A program made the position numbers and the translations under genes. Below, in pieces: positions 30,197 to 40,253 of a stretch of DNA of 64,000 nt. Within the stretch, counting starts at the first letter, position 1. The number at the start of each line of letters is the position of its first letter. Origin of the DNA: an uncultured Gammaproteobacteria bacterium (lineage in GTDB: Bacteria; Pseudomonadota; Gammaproteobacteria; Steroidobacterales; Rariloculaceae); the NCBI GenBank assembly GCA_963782445.1, contig CAWAJM010000001.1:926224-990223 (forward strand), given 5' to 3'. A model generated the notes under the pieces. The model made no database searches, was not told where the DNA came from, and saw only the letters and a list, made by a program, of their open reading frames with translations.

Positions 30197-30940
30197 ATGG
30201 CTGGTCACAGCAAATGGGCCAATATCCGCTTCCGGAAGGGCGCCCAGGACGCCAAGCGCGGCAAAATCTTCACCAAGCTGATCCGCGAGATCACGATCGC
30301 GGCCCGGGCGGGCGGCGGCGACATCGCTTCCAATCCGCGTCTGCGCCTCGCCATCGACAAGGCCAAGGCGCAGAGCATGCCCAAGGACAACATCGACCGG
30401 GCCGTCAAGCGCGGCACGGGCGAGCTCGAAGGCGTGCATTACGAGGAAACGCGCTATGAAGGCTACGGCCCGGGCGGCGCCGCCGTCATGGTCGACTGCC
30501 TCACGGACAACCGCAACCGCACGGTCGCCGACGTGCGTCATGCGTTCTCGAAGTACGGCGGCAACCTCGGCGCCGACGGCTCGGTGGCCTACCTGTTCGA
30601 TCACGTCGGCCAGTTGAGCTTTCCGAAGGGCAGCGACGAGAACCGCATCATGGAGGTCGCCATAGAGGCCGGTGCGAGCAACGTCGTCACGAACGACGAC
30701 GGCTCGATCGAGGTGCTCTCCACGCCCGAGGATTACGAGAGTGTGCAGCAGGCCATGACGGCGGCCGGGGTCGAGCCCGAGTCGGCCGAGATCACGATGC
30801 GTCCCTCGACGAAGGCGGAGGTCTCGGTCGACGAGGCCGAGACGCTGCTCAAGCTACTCGACGCCCTGGACGAGCTCGACGATGTGCAGAACGTCTACTC
30901 GAACGCCGAGATCCCGGACGAAGTCCTGGAGGAGCCCTAA
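30197..30940 (+). CDS. yebC: YebC/PmpR family DNA-binding regulator
   Basis: The N-terminus [28 protein letters not shown] is the hallmark of this family. Confidence 0.93.
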   Translation: MAGHSKWANIRFRKGAQDAKRGKIFTKLIREITIAARAGGGDIASNPRLRLAIDKAKAQSMPKDNIDRAVKRGTGELEGVHYEETRYEGYGPGGAAVMVDCLTDNRNRTVADVRHAFSKYGGNLGADGSVAYLFDHVGQLSFPKGSDENRIMEVAIEAGASNVVTNDDGSIEVLSTPEDYESVQQAMTAAGVEPESAEITMRPSTKAEVSVDEAETLLKLLDALDELDDVQNVYSNAEIPDEVLEEP

Positions 30941-30955
30941 CCCGGCGATGAACGC

Positions 30956-31465
30956 GTGAGCGGCCGAATTCGCATACTCGGGATCGACCCCGGTTCGCAG
31001 ATCACGGGATTCGGCATCGTGGACCTCGACGGTCTCAAGGCCTCGGCCGTGCGCTGGGGCAGCATCAAGACCGCCGGTGATCACAGCGCGCGGCTGCGCA
31101 CGATCTTCGCCGAGCTCGGCAGCGTCGTGCGCGAGCTAGAGCCCGCCGAGATCGCCATCGAGAGCGTCTTCGTGCATCGCAATCCAGACAGCGCGCTCAA
31201 GCTCGGCCAGGCTCGCGCGGCCGCGCTCTGCGCTACGTTCCAGGCCGAGCTGCCCGTGTACGAGTACACACCGCGGCACATCAAGAAGGCCGTCGTCGGC
31301 ACGGGCCGGGCGGAGAAGACGCAGGTGCAGCACATGGTCAAGCTCATGCTCGGGCTGCGCGAGGCCATCCAGCCCGATGCGGCCGACGCGCTCGCGGCGG
31401 CGCTGTGCCACGCACATTCGCGCGGGCCGCGTGCCGTGATCCGCGAGGCGGCGGGGGCGACGTGA
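30956..31465 (+). CDS. ruvC: Holliday junction resolvase RuvC
   Basis: GTG start. The N-terminus reads [18 protein letters not shown]. 169 aa. Confidence 0.92.
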   Translation: MSGRIRILGIDPGSQITGFGIVDLDGLKASAVRWGSIKTAGDHSARLRTIFAELGSVVRELEPAEIAIESVFVHRNPDSALKLGQARAAALCATFQAELPVYEYTPRHIKKAVVGTGRAEKTQVQHMVKLMLGLREAIQPDAADALAAALCHAHSRGPRAVIREAAGAT

Positions 31466-32061
31466 TCGGCTACCTCAAAGGCACGCTGGCCGCGAAGCGG
31501 CCGCCGTCGCTCATGGTCGAGGTCGGCGGCGTCGGCTACGAGCTCGCCGCGCCCATGTCCACGTTCTACCGGCTGCCGGAGGTCGGCCAGCCGCTCACGC
31601 TCATCACGCACCTCGTGATTCGCGAGGACGCCCACACCCTCTACGGCTTCTCCACGGAGAGCGAGCGCGCGCTTTTCCGCAGCCTCATCAAGGTCGGCGG
31701 CGTCGGCGCGCGCATGGCGCTCGCCGTGCTCTCGGGCATGACGGTCGAGGGCTTCTACGACTGCATCCGGGCCAAGGACATGGCGAGCCTCGTGCGCCTG
31801 CCCGGCATCGGCCGCAAGACCGCCGAGCGGCTGCTGCTCGAGATGGCGGACCGGCTGCCGGCCGAGATTCTGAAATTTCCCGAGGGCACGCGCGCGAGCG
31901 CGACGCCGGCCAACGAGGCGCAGGAGGCTCTGCTTGCGCTCGGGTACAAGGCCGGCGAGATCGACAAGATGCTCAAGGGCCTCGATACGGCCAAGCTCTC
32001 CACCGAGGAGCTCATCCGCGAGGCGCTGCGCCGCGTGCACAAGAGCGGGGCCAAGCCGTGA
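31462..32061 (+). CDS. ruvA: Holliday junction branch migration complex subunit RuvA
   Basis: A GTG start gives (M)IGYLKGTL, in a GTGA overlap with the ruvC stop. The helix-hairpin-helix region reads [15 protein letters not shown]. Confidence 0.92.
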   Translation: MIGYLKGTLAAKRPPSLMVEVGGVGYELAAPMSTFYRLPEVGQPLTLITHLVIREDAHTLYGFSTESERALFRSLIKVGGVGARMALAVLSGMTVEGFYDCIRAKDMASLVRLPGIGRKTAERLLLEMADRLPAEILKFPEGTRASATPANEAQEALLALGYKAGEIDKMLKGLDTAKLSTEELIREALRRVHKSGAKP

Positions 32062-33098
32062 ACGACGATGCGCGCCTCGTCGACGCGGCGGCCGGCGGCG
32101 AGGACGAGGCCTTCGACCGCGCCGTCCGCCCGCGCCGGCTCGCCGACTACATCGGCCAGCCGCGCGTCAAGGAGCAGATGACGATCTTCATCACGGCGGC
32201 GCGCAACCGCGGCGAGGCGCTCGATCACACGCTGCTCTTCGGCCCGCCCGGCCTCGGCAAGACGACGCTCGCGCACATCGTCGCGAACGAGCTCGGCGCG
32301 ACGCTCCATCAGACTTCCGGTCCCGTGCTCGAGCGCCCGGGCGATCTCGCGGCGCAGCTCACGAACCTCGAGCCGCGCGACGTGCTGTTCGTCGACGAGA
32401 TTCATCGCTTGAGCCCCGTCGTCGAGGAGGTGCTGTATCCGGCGCTCGAGGACTTCCAGCTCGACATCATGATCGGCGAGGGGCCGGGCGCGCGCTCGAT
32501 CAAGCTCGACCTGCCGCCGTTCACGCTCGTCGGCGCGACGACGCGCGCGGGGCTTCTGACCTCGCCCTTGCGCGACCGCTTCGGCATCACCCAACACCTC
32601 GAGTTCTACGGGCAGGACGAGCTCACGCGCATCGCCGAGCGCACGGCACGCATCCTCGATCTGCCGATCGACGAGGCCGGTGCGCGCGAGATCGCGTCGC
32701 GCTCGCGCGGTACCCCGCGCATCGCGATCCGGCTCGTCCGGCGCGTGCGCGACTACGCCCAGGTCAAGGCCGACGGGCGCGTGGACCGCGAGGTCGCGCG
32801 CGCGGCCATGGACTTGCTCGAGGTCGATCCGCACGGCTTCGACGCCATGGACCGACGCCTGCTGCTCACGATCATCGAGAAGTTCGACGGCGGCCCGGTC
32901 GGCGTCGAGAGTCTCGCGGCCGCAGTCGGCGAGGAGCGCGGCACGCTCGAGGAGGTCATCGAGCCGTATCTGATCCAGGAAGGCTTCCTGCAGCGCACGG
33001 CCCGGGGGCGGATCGCGACGAAGTCCGCATTTCGGCATTTCGATCTGGCTCTGCCGTCCGGGCGCGAGCGTGCGGACGCGCCGGACCTGTTCGACTGA
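32058..33098 (+). CDS. ruvB: Holliday junction branch migration helicase RuvB
   Basis: Walker A is GPPGLGKTT and Walker B is FVDEIHRL. Its start overlaps the ruvA stop (GTGA). Confidence 0.95.
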   Translation: MNDDARLVDAAAGGEDEAFDRAVRPRRLADYIGQPRVKEQMTIFITAARNRGEALDHTLLFGPPGLGKTTLAHIVANELGATLHQTSGPVLERPGDLAAQLTNLEPRDVLFVDEIHRLSPVVEEVLYPALEDFQLDIMIGEGPGARSIKLDLPPFTLVGATTRAGLLTSPLRDRFGITQHLEFYGQDELTRIAERTARILDLPIDEAGAREIASRSRGTPRIAIRLVRRVRDYAQVKADGRVDREVARAAMDLLEVDPHGFDAMDRRLLLTIIEKFDGGPVGVESLAAAVGEERGTLEEVIEPYLIQEGFLQRTARGRIATKSAFRHFDLALPSGRERADAPDLFD

Positions 33099-33111
33099 GC
33101 ACCGATCCGCG

Positions 33112-33522
33112 ATGGCGCCGTTCGTGCTCAGGGTCAGGGTTTATCTCGAGGACACCGATGCGCAGGGTGTCGTTTACAACGCGGGTTATTTCCGCTTTAT
33201 GGAGCGCGCGCGCACGGAGTGGCTCAGAGCGCAGGGCGTCGACCATACGGCGCTGCTGCGCGAGCACGGCATGCAGCTCGTGCTCGCGCGCGTCGAGGCC
33301 GAGTTCCGCGCCCCGGCGCGGCTCGACGATCTGCTCGAGGTCGAGGCGCGCGTCGCCAGCGCGCGCGGGGCACGCGTCGTTTTCGAGCAGGCCGTCCGGC
33401 GGGCGGGTGAGGCCGACGCGCCGGCGCTTTGCCGCGCCACGGCCGAGGTCGCCTGCGTGGACGCGGCGCAGGGCCGGCCGAAGCGGCTGCCCGCGGCACT
33501 TTTGAACGGGTTGAAGCAATGA
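33112..33522 (+). CDS. ybgC: Tol-Pal-associated acyl-CoA thioesterase
   Basis: The 4HBT hot-dog motif is VYLEDTDAQGVVYNAGYFRFME. Position upstream of tolQ supports the call. Confidence 0.88.
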   Translation: MAPFVLRVRVYLEDTDAQGVVYNAGYFRFMERARTEWLRAQGVDHTALLREHGMQLVLARVEAEFRAPARLDDLLEVEARVASARGARVVFEQAVRRAGEADAPALCRATAEVACVDAAQGRPKRLPAALLNGLKQ

Positions 33523-34214
33523 ATGATCTATCTATCTTGACTCTCGTCGTCGATGCGAGCCCCATCGTCAAAGGCGTGCTCGCGCTGTTGCTGATTGCGT
33601 CGATCGCATCGTGGGCCGTGATCTTCGAGAAGAGCCGCCTCGTGCGGCGCGCGGTTCGCAGCGCCGACGAATTCGAGAGCGACTTCTGGTCGGGCGGCGA
33701 TCTCGCGACGCTATACCGCGACATCTCGCAGGGCGACGACGCGCCTTTCGGCATGGCCGGCATCTTCGAGTCCGGATTCCGCGAGTTCGGGCGGCTGCGC
33801 CAGGAGGCCGGGCTGCCGGCCGAGCAGCTCGTCGAAGGCGCCCGCCGCTCGATGCACGTCTCGCAGCTGCGCGAGGTCGACCGGCTCGAGAGCAATCTCG
33901 CGTTCCTCGCGACGGTCAGCAACACGAGCCCCTACATCGGCCTTTTCGGCACGGTCTGGGGAATCATGAGCGCGTTCCACGGGCTCGGGAACGTGCAGAC
34001 GGCGACGATCTCGATGGTGGCGCCGGGCATCTCCGAGGCGCTGATCGCGACGGCCATGGGCCTGTTCGCCGCGATCCCGGCCGGCTACTCCTACAACCTG
34101 TTCGCCGACAAAGTCGGCCGGCTCGAGGTGCGCTACGACACGTTCATGGAAGAGCTTACGGCCATCTTCCAGCGCAGCGCGGCGCGCAAGGACACGCACG
34201 GAGCCGCCGCATGA
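33519..34214 (+). CDS. tolQ: Tol-Pal system protein TolQ
   Basis: MotA/TolQ/ExbB family (PYIGLFGTVWGIM). Its start overlaps the ybgC stop (ATGA). Confidence 0.93.
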   Translation: MNDLSILTLVVDASPIVKGVLALLLIASIASWAVIFEKSRLVRRAVRSADEFESDFWSGGDLATLYRDISQGDDAPFGMAGIFESGFREFGRLRQEAGLPAEQLVEGARRSMHVSQLREVDRLESNLAFLATVSNTSPYIGLFGTVWGIMSAFHGLGNVQTATISMVAPGISEALIATAMGLFAAIPAGYSYNLFADKVGRLEVRYDTFMEELTAIFQRSAARKDTHGAAA

Positions 34215-34654
34215 TGGCCGCCAAGGGCAGGCGCCGGCTAATGGCGGACATTAACGTCGTGCCCTACATCGACGTCATGCTCGTGCTGCTCATCATCTTC
34301 ATGATCACGGCGCCGCTGCTGAGCCAGGGAATCAAGGTGGATCTGCCGAAGGCCGGTGCGAAGCCCATGCAGCCGACGAACGACGCCCCGCTCGTGCTCA
34401 GCATCGACAAGGACGGCAAGCTCTATCTCAACGTCGGCGGCAAGGACACCGACGAGCCGGTGGACGAGAAGACCGTCGTCGACCGCACGGTGGCCGTGCT
34501 GCGCCGCAACCCGAAGACAGACGTCCTCGTCAAGGCCGACCGCGCCGTGCCGTACGGCCGCGTCGTCGCCGGCATGGTGCTGCTGCAGCAGGCCGGCGCG
34601 GAGAAGGTCGGCTTCCTGACCGAGCCGCCGAGGAACGCGCCCGCGCGGCGCTGA
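34211..34654 (+). CDS. tolR: Tol-Pal system protein TolR
   Basis: The ExbD/TolR motif is INVVPYIDVMLVLLIIFMITAP. Its start overlaps the tolQ stop (ATGA). Confidence 0.92.
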   Translation: MMAAKGRRRLMADINVVPYIDVMLVLLIIFMITAPLLSQGIKVDLPKAGAKPMQPTNDAPLVLSIDKDGKLYLNVGGKDTDEPVDEKTVVDRTVAVLRRNPKTDVLVKADRAVPYGRVVAGMVLLQQAGAEKVGFLTEPPRNAPARR

Positions 34655-34675
34655 GCGCGTGAGGCCGGCGCACGC

Positions 34676-35581
34676 ATGCGATCGTTCTTCAGCCAGCATT
34701 CCGGGGCCATGGTATGGTCCGTCGTGCTGCATGTGGCGATCTTTGCGGCGCTTACGCTCGGAGTCGCGTTTCCGCGTGTTCAGCGGCCGGACTCGGAGGG
34801 CGTCGTGATCCGCGCGACAGTCGTGGACGCCGCGGCGATTCGCGAGGAGCAAGCGAAATTGGAGGCGCAGAAGCAGGCGGAGGCGCAGCGCCGCGAGGAG
34901 CAGGCACGCGCCGAGCAGCAGAAACAGGCCGCTGCCGAGGCCGCGCGCAAGGCGCAGGCCGAAGCCGCCGCCGAGGCCAAGGCGCAGGCCGAGCAGAAGG
35001 CCGCGGCCGAGCGTGCGCGCAAGGCGAAGGCAGCCGCGGAGCTTGCGGCCAAGCAGGAAGCCGAGCGCAAGGCCAAGGCCGAGGCGGAACGCAAGGCGAA
35101 GGAAGCGGCCGCCGCCAAGGCGGCGGCCGAGCGCAAGGCCAAAGAGGAGGCGGCGCGCAAAGCCAAAGAGGAGGCCGAGCGCAAGGCCAAGGAAGCCGCC
35201 GAGCGCAAGCGCAAGGAAGCCGAGGCGCGCGAGCAGGCGCGGCTCGACGCCGAGGTTCAGCGCGAGGCGGCCGAGGAAGCCGCGCGGCTCAAGGCGCGGC
35301 AGTCGGGGCTCGAGGATCAATACGTACGCATGCTGCAGAACCGCATAGAGCAAAACTGGAACCGCCCGCCGAGCGCGCAGAAGGGGCTCGACTGCTGGGT
35401 CAACGTCACGCAGATACCGAGCGGCAACGTCATCAGCGTCTCCGTCGACAAGTGCAACGGCGACGACGCGGTCGTGCAGTCCATCGAGCGTGCCGTGCAG
35501 CGCGCTTCGCCGCTGCCGCTGCCGCCCGTGCAGGCGCTGTTCGAACGCAATCTGAGGTTGGAGTTCAAGCCCGACGACTGA
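34676..35581 (+). CDS. tolA: Tol-Pal system protein TolA
   Basis: It has an N-terminal TM segment, a long Ala/Lys/Glu-rich helical domain II (repeated AERKAKE) and a C-terminal TolA domain III. Confidence 0.9.
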   Translation: MRSFFSQHSGAMVWSVVLHVAIFAALTLGVAFPRVQRPDSEGVVIRATVVDAAAIREEQAKLEAQKQAEAQRREEQARAEQQKQAAAEAARKAQAEAAAEAKAQAEQKAAAERARKAKAAAELAAKQEAERKAKAEAERKAKEAAAAKAAAERKAKEEAARKAKEEAERKAKEAAERKRKEAEAREQARLDAEVQREAAEEAARLKARQSGLEDQYVRMLQNRIEQNWNRPPSAQKGLDCWVNVTQIPSGNVISVSVDKCNGDDAVVQSIERAVQRASPLPLPPVQALFERNLRLEFKPDD

Positions 35582-35653
35582 GTACTCCTCCGGCCGCGCG
35601 GCCGGGAAGACTCGGCCGGGCCGGGCCACTGTATAGAATTCATGGGGACCTTC

Positions 35654-37021
35654 ATGAGCCTTGTTAGCAAATCGAAATTGTGCGGGCGCATTATCCGCGC
35701 GCTGGCGGCCCCGGCCGCCTCGGCCGCGCTCGCGCTGGCTCTCGGCCTCGGCGCCGCGGCGCCCGCGAGCGCCCAGCTCACCATCCAAATCACGCGCGGC
35801 GTCGAGCGCCCCGTGCCGATCGCCGTCGTGCCTTTCGGCTGGAGCGGGACCGGGTCTGCGCCATTTGATGTAGCGGGCCTGGTCGCGCAGGACCTGCGCA
35901 ACAGCGGCCGCTTCGCGCCCATGGCGCCCGCCGACATGGTCTCGCGCCCGACGCAGCCGACCGACGTGAACTTCCAGGACTGGCGCGTCGCGAAGGCCGA
36001 CGTGCTCGTGATCGGCACGATGACGCAGACCGCCCCCGATTCCTACAGGATCGAGTTCGAGCTCTTCGACGTGCTGCGCGCCCAGCAGCTGCTGGGCTTC
36101 CGGCTCACGTCGGACAAAGCGAGCCTGCGCGCGAGCGGCCACAAGATCGCGGACATGGTGTTCGAGAAGCTCACGGGCATCCGCGGCGTATTCAGCACGC
36201 GCATCGCCTATGTGAGCCAGAAGAACGGCCCGCAGGGCAAGCCCCGCTACCAGCTCATCGTCGCCGACGCCGACGGCGAAAATGCTACCGTCGTCGCCGA
36301 CTCGCCGGATCCGCTCATGTCCCCGGACTGGTCGCCGGACGGGCGCCGCATCGCTTACGTCTCCTTCGAGGGCAATCAAGCCTCGATTTACGTGCAGACG
36401 CTCAAGACCGGCAACCGCGAGCGCGTCTCTGCGCGCCCCGGCGTCAACGGTGCGCCCGTTTTCTCGCCGGACGGTCGCCTGCTCGCGCTCACGCTGTCCG
36501 ACGCGAACGGCAACCTCGATATCTACACGCTCGATCTCGCGACGCAGGTGCTGCGCCGCCTCACGAGCGACCCGGCCATCGACACCGAGCCGAGCTGGAC
36601 GCCCGACGGCAAGACGATCTACTTCACCTCGGACCGCTCCGGCGGCCCGCAGATCTACCGCATGGCCTCCGAGCCGAGCCGGCGCGCGCCCGAGCGCGTG
36701 ACGTTCGAAGGCAGCTACAATTCCCGGCCGCGCGTCTCGCCCGACGGCAAGCACATCGCCGTGGTCCACCGGAGCAAGGAGGGCAACGACCAGATCGCAC
36801 TCGTCGACCCGAAGACGGGCCTCATCGAGGTTCTTTCCAATGGCCGCCTCGACGAGGCGCCGGACTTCGCGCCGAACGGTGCCATGCTGATTTACGCGAC
36901 ACGCGACAAGGGCAAGGGCGTGCTTGAGTGGGTCAGCACGGACGGCCGCATTCAGCAGGAGATCGAATCGGGCACGGGCGACGTGCGCGAGCCCGTGTGG
37001 TCGCCGTTCCCGTTGCCGTGA
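35654..37021 (+). CDS. tolB: Tol-Pal system beta-propeller protein TolB
   Basis: A signal peptide is followed by repeated SPDG/TPDG propeller motifs (SPDWSPDGRRIAYVS, FSPDGRLLA, WTPDGKTIYF). An alternative start lies at 35642. Confidence 0.93.
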   Translation: MSLVSKSKLCGRIIRALAAPAASAALALALGLGAAAPASAQLTIQITRGVERPVPIAVVPFGWSGTGSAPFDVAGLVAQDLRNSGRFAPMAPADMVSRPTQPTDVNFQDWRVAKADVLVIGTMTQTAPDSYRIEFELFDVLRAQQLLGFRLTSDKASLRASGHKIADMVFEKLTGIRGVFSTRIAYVSQKNGPQGKPRYQLIVADADGENATVVADSPDPLMSPDWSPDGRRIAYVSFEGNQASIYVQTLKTGNRERVSARPGVNGAPVFSPDGRLLALTLSDANGNLDIYTLDLATQVLRRLTSDPAIDTEPSWTPDGKTIYFTSDRSGGPQIYRMASEPSRRAPERVTFEGSYNSRPRVSPDGKHIAVVHRSKEGNDQIALVDPKTGLIEVLSNGRLDEAPDFAPNGAMLIYATRDKGKGVLEWVSTDGRIQQEIESGTGDVREPVWSPFPLP

Positions 37022-37102
37022 CCAGGCCTCGTCCGCGCACATCGAGATGAGCCACTGAACATGCGTTTCGAAAATGTATTGCGTTACCTAGAGGTAAACC
37101 AT

Positions 37103-37645
37103 ATGGTCCGATCCAGCGTCATGATCGCCTGCGCCGTGGCGATGCTCGCCGTGGCCGGCTGCGCCAGCCATTCCACCGTTCCCGATTACTCGTCCGGGGC
37201 GGCCGCGAACGGCGCAACGGCCGACTCGGGTGCCTCGACGAGCGCGCTCGGCTCGGGCAGCGGTGTCGGTGTCGAGGAGCAGCAGGGCGGGGCCGCCGGC
37301 CAGCAGGATCTGCTCAAGCAGCTCGTCATCTACTTCGATTTCGATACGAGCGAGATCAAGCCGGAGTTCAACGACGTCCTCGCGGCCCACGCCAAGTACC
37401 TGGCCTCGCACCCGAACGCCCGCGTGCGCCTCGAAGGCCACGCCGATGAGCGCGGCACGCGCGAGTACAATATCGGCCTCGGCGAGCGGCGCGCGCAGGC
37501 CGTGCGCCGCGTGCTCATGCTGCAGGGGGCCTCGGCCGACCAGATCAGCACCGTGAGCTACGGCGAGGAGCGGCCGGCGGTGCAGGGGCACGACGAAGCG
37601 GCCTATCGACTGAACCGCCGCGTCGAGATCGTCTACCGGCAGTGA
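37103..37645 (+). CDS. pal: Peptidoglycan-associated lipoprotein Pal
   Basis: The lipobox is LAVAGC. The OmpA-like domain reads GHADERGTREYNIGLGERRA...NRRVEIV. GAGG lies upstream of ATG 37103. Confidence 0.93.
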   Translation: MVRSSVMIACAVAMLAVAGCASHSTVPDYSSGAAANGATADSGASTSALGSGSGVGVEEQQGGAAGQQDLLKQLVIYFDFDTSEIKPEFNDVLAAHAKYLASHPNARVRLEGHADERGTREYNIGLGERRAQAVRRVLMLQGASADQISTVSYGEERPAVQGHDEAAYRLNRRVEIVYRQ

Positions 37646-37679
37646 GCGGCCGCCGGCGCTACAACGCGAGGAGAATGCG

Positions 37680-38582
37680 GTGAGAAACGCACTACTTGTA
37701 CTGACATTCGGGGCCGTCTGCGGCTGCACGTCGCTGACGCCGCAGGACGACCCCGTCAATCTGCGCCTGCAGGATCTCGACGCGCGCTTAGGCCGCATCG
37801 AGAAGGTGGTCAACAACCAGAGCCTCGTGCAGCTGGCCAACCAGCTCGATCAGCTCCAGGCCGAGACCAAGGAGCTGCGCGGGGAGATCGAGACGCTCCA
37901 GCACGATAACGAGATGGGGCAGGACCGCCAGCGGCAGCTGTATCTCGACGTCGATCGGCGCCTGCAGGCGCTCGAGCGGGCGCAGGGTGGCGCGGCGGGC
38001 GCCGGCGGCGCGGCCGGGCAAGGCGCCGGCGCGCCCGGCGGCGGGCAGTTCGCGAACCAGGCGGCCGGAGCCGGCGGCGCGGGCGGCGGCGGCGCTTCGG
38101 GCGCAACCGGTGCCGGCGCGACGGGCGCGGCCGGGGCGGCCTTCGGGGCGGCCGGGTCCGGCGCGGCGCCGGGCGGTCCCGGGGGTGCGCAGGCCGGCAA
38201 CGACCAGCAGGCCTACGAGGCCGCGTTCAACCTGATCCAGTCGCGTCATTACCCCGAGGCCGCGAAGGCCTTCGAGAACTTCCTCGCGAACTATCCGCAA
38301 AGCACGCTCGCCGACAACGCGCAGTACTGGCTCGCCGAGACGCATTACGTGCAGCGGGATTTTTCCGGCGCGCTGCCGCTGTTCCAGAAGGTCGTCGATA
38401 TGTACGGCCAGTCGTCGAAGGTGCCGGACGCGCTGCTCAAGGTCGGCTACTGCAACTACGAGCTCAAGCAGATGGACCAGGCGCGCGCGGCGCTGCAGAA
38501 GGTCGTGCACGACTACCCGGACACCACGGCCGCGCGGCTCGCGCAGCAGCGGCTCGACCGCATGACGCAGGAGGGCGGCTGA
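37680..38582 (+). CDS. cpoB: Cell division coordinator CpoB (YbgF)
   Basis: It has an N-terminal coiled coil and C-terminal TPR repeats (YPQSTLADNAQYWLAETHY, YPDTTAARLAQQRL). The central linker is Gly/Ala-rich. Confidence 0.88.
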   Translation: MRNALLVLTFGAVCGCTSLTPQDDPVNLRLQDLDARLGRIEKVVNNQSLVQLANQLDQLQAETKELRGEIETLQHDNEMGQDRQRQLYLDVDRRLQALERAQGGAAGAGGAAGQGAGAPGGGQFANQAAGAGGAGGGGASGATGAGATGAAGAAFGAAGSGAAPGGPGGAQAGNDQQAYEAAFNLIQSRHYPEAAKAFENFLANYPQSTLADNAQYWLAETHYVQRDFSGALPLFQKVVDMYGQSSKVPDALLKVGYCNYELKQMDQARAALQKVVHDYPDTTAARLAQQRLDRMTQEGG

Positions 38583-38598
38583 CGCCGCCTCGCCGGCC

Positions 38599-39297
38599 GT
38601 GAACGCGCGGATCGAAGCCGGCGCCCAGGTGGCCGCGGCCGGCCTCGAGCCGCGCCGGGACGAGCGGCTCAAGATCACCGAGATCTTCCACTCGATCCAG
38701 GGCGAGGCGCTAACGAGCGGCTGGCCGACGGTCTTCGTGCGGCTCACGGGCTGCCCGCTGCGCTGCGGCTACTGCGATACCGCCTATGCATTCGGCGGCG
38801 GCGAGTGGTGGACGATCGGCGAGGTGCTCGAGGAGGTCGGCCGCCACGGCCCGCGCTTCGTCTGCGTCACGGGCGGCGAGCCGCTCGCGCAGCCGCGCTG
38901 CTCCGCGCTGTTGACCGCGCTCTGCGAGGCCGGCTACGACGTCTCCCTCGAGACGAGCGGCGCCTACGAGGTGACAGGCCTCGACCCGCGCGTGAGCCGC
39001 ATCGTGGACGTGAAGACCCCGGGGGCCGGCGAGGTCGAGCGCAACCGCTGGGAGAATCTTGCGGCGTTGACGGCGCGCGACGCGCTGAAGCTCGTAATCT
39101 GCGATCGGGTCGATTACGAATGGGCCAAGGACGTTTTGCAACGGTATCCTGAACTCGGGTGCACCGTGTTTTTGTCGCCGAGTTACGGGGAGCTCGCGGC
39201 CGGCGAACTCGCCGAATGGATCCTTCGGGATAAGCTCGGCGTCCGGCTGCAGGTACAGCTGCACAAGACGCTCTGGGGCGACGTGCCGGGCCGTTAG
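38599..39297 (+). CDS. queE: 7-carboxy-7-deazaguanine synthase (radical SAM)
   Basis: The motif [12 protein letters not shown] is followed by the CxxxCxxC cluster [10 protein letters not shown]. The start (GTG 38599) is uncertain. Confidence 0.88.
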   Translation: MNARIEAGAQVAAAGLEPRRDERLKITEIFHSIQGEALTSGWPTVFVRLTGCPLRCGYCDTAYAFGGGEWWTIGEVLEEVGRHGPRFVCVTGGEPLAQPRCSALLTALCEAGYDVSLETSGAYEVTGLDPRVSRIVDVKTPGAGEVERNRWENLAALTARDALKLVICDRVDYEWAKDVLQRYPELGCTVFLSPSYGELAAGELAEWILRDKLGVRLQVQLHKTLWGDVPGR

Positions 39298-39329
39298 GCT
39301 CTGGCCGGCCGATTTTTGGGAATTACGTC

Positions 39330-39995
39330 ATGCGGGCGGTCGTTCTGCTTTCCGGGGGGCTCGATTCGACGACCGCGCTCGCGCATGCGAGGCGCGCGGG
39401 TTACGCCTGTCACACGATGAGCTTCGACTACGGGCAGCGGCATCGGGCCGAGCTTGCGGCCGCGGTAAGCGTCTCCGCGGCGCTCGGCGCCACGGACCAC
39501 TGCGAGTTTTCGATTCCGATCGGGCGCTTCGGCGGCTCGGCGCTCACGGACGCCTCGATCGACGTGCCGGACGCAGGCGGGGAAGGGATCCCGGTGACCT
39601 ACGTGCCGGCGCGCAATACGGTGTTCTTGAGCCTCGGGCTCGCGCGGGCCGAGGTGCTCGGCGCCGACGCGATATTCATCGGCGTCAACGCCGTCGACTA
39701 TTCCGGGTATCCGGATTGCCGGCCGGAGTTCGTGGACGCGTTCAACGCGCTGAGCCGCGTGGCCACGAAGCAGGGGATCGAAGGGCGGCCCGTGCGCATC
39801 GAGGCGCCGTTGATCCAAATGACGAAGGCGGACATCATTCGGCACGGGATTGCGCTCGGGGTGGACTACTCATTGACGGTGTCGTGTTACAGGGCCGACG
39901 ATGAGGGGCGCGCATGCGGGCATTGCGATGCGTGCCGGTTCCGGCGGGAAGGGTTCGCGGCCGCGGGGATTGCGGATCCGACCCGGTACTATTAG
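39330..39995 (+). CDS. queC: 7-cyano-7-deazaguanine synthase
   Basis: The PP-loop is [12 protein letters not shown]. The C-terminal zinc-binding Cys cluster is [10 protein letters not shown]. Confidence 0.93.
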   Translation: MRAVVLLSGGLDSTTALAHARRAGYACHTMSFDYGQRHRAELAAAVSVSAALGATDHCEFSIPIGRFGGSALTDASIDVPDAGGEGIPVTYVPARNTVFLSLGLARAEVLGADAIFIGVNAVDYSGYPDCRPEFVDAFNALSRVATKQGIEGRPVRIEAPLIQMTKADIIRHGIALGVDYSLTVSCYRADDEGRACGHCDACRFRREGFAAAGIADPTRYY

Positions 39996-39997
39996 CG

Positions 39998-40021
39998 GAA
40001 AAAGGGGTCAGAGCCCTTTTA
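39998..40021. repeat. REP-like element, copy 3 (solitary half-unit) directly after the queC stop
   Basis: GAAAAAGGGGTCAGAGCCCTTTTA has no inverted partner. A degenerate same-orientation GGGGTCAGGGC lies at 40047-40057. The unit can fold as AAAAGGG-N7-CCCTTTT. Confidence 0.8.
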
Positions 40022-40177
40022 TTGGAGTCGACCGCGAAGGAGGTGTGGGGTCAGGGCGGCACGGTTGCCCAAACCGGGCGATGGACGGGTTGTGCTCGGC
40101 GGCTCATTTAGTATGATCGCAGCCGCGTGTGAGCGCTCGCCGTCGGCGCTTGGTGCGGAAGGCGAAGAATAAGGAAT

Positions 40178-40253
40178 GGGCCGTTAGCTCAGTTGGTAGA
40201 GCACCGGACTTTTAATCCGTTGGTCGTAGGTTCGAGCCCTACACGGCCCACCA
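40178..40253 (+). tRNA. tRNA-Lys (anticodon UUU)
   Basis: 76-nt cloverleaf. The acceptor stem is GGGCCGT/ACGGCCC, the anticodon loop is CTTTTAA, the T-arm is GTAGGTTCGAGCCCTAC, and CCA is encoded. Confidence 0.93.

Noticed and set aside
34850-35290. Periodic repeats in tolA considered as a possible CRISPR or tandem-repeat array
   Set aside because: The repeats are in-frame codon repeats of TolA domain II (AERKAKE). There is no repeat-spacer architecture and no cas genes.
34238-37042. 934-aa minus-strand ORF covering tolR-tolA-tolB
   Set aside because: It lies antisense to conserved Tol genes. The repetitive LGLGL/RLRL stretches simply mirror the TolA Ala/Lys/Glu repeats.
38583-38598. Looked for a preQ1 riboswitch or other leader upstream of queE/queC
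   Set aside because: Only 16 nt separate cpoB and queE, and 32 nt separate queE and queC. There is no room for a riboswitch, and the genes appear co-transcribed with tol-pal.
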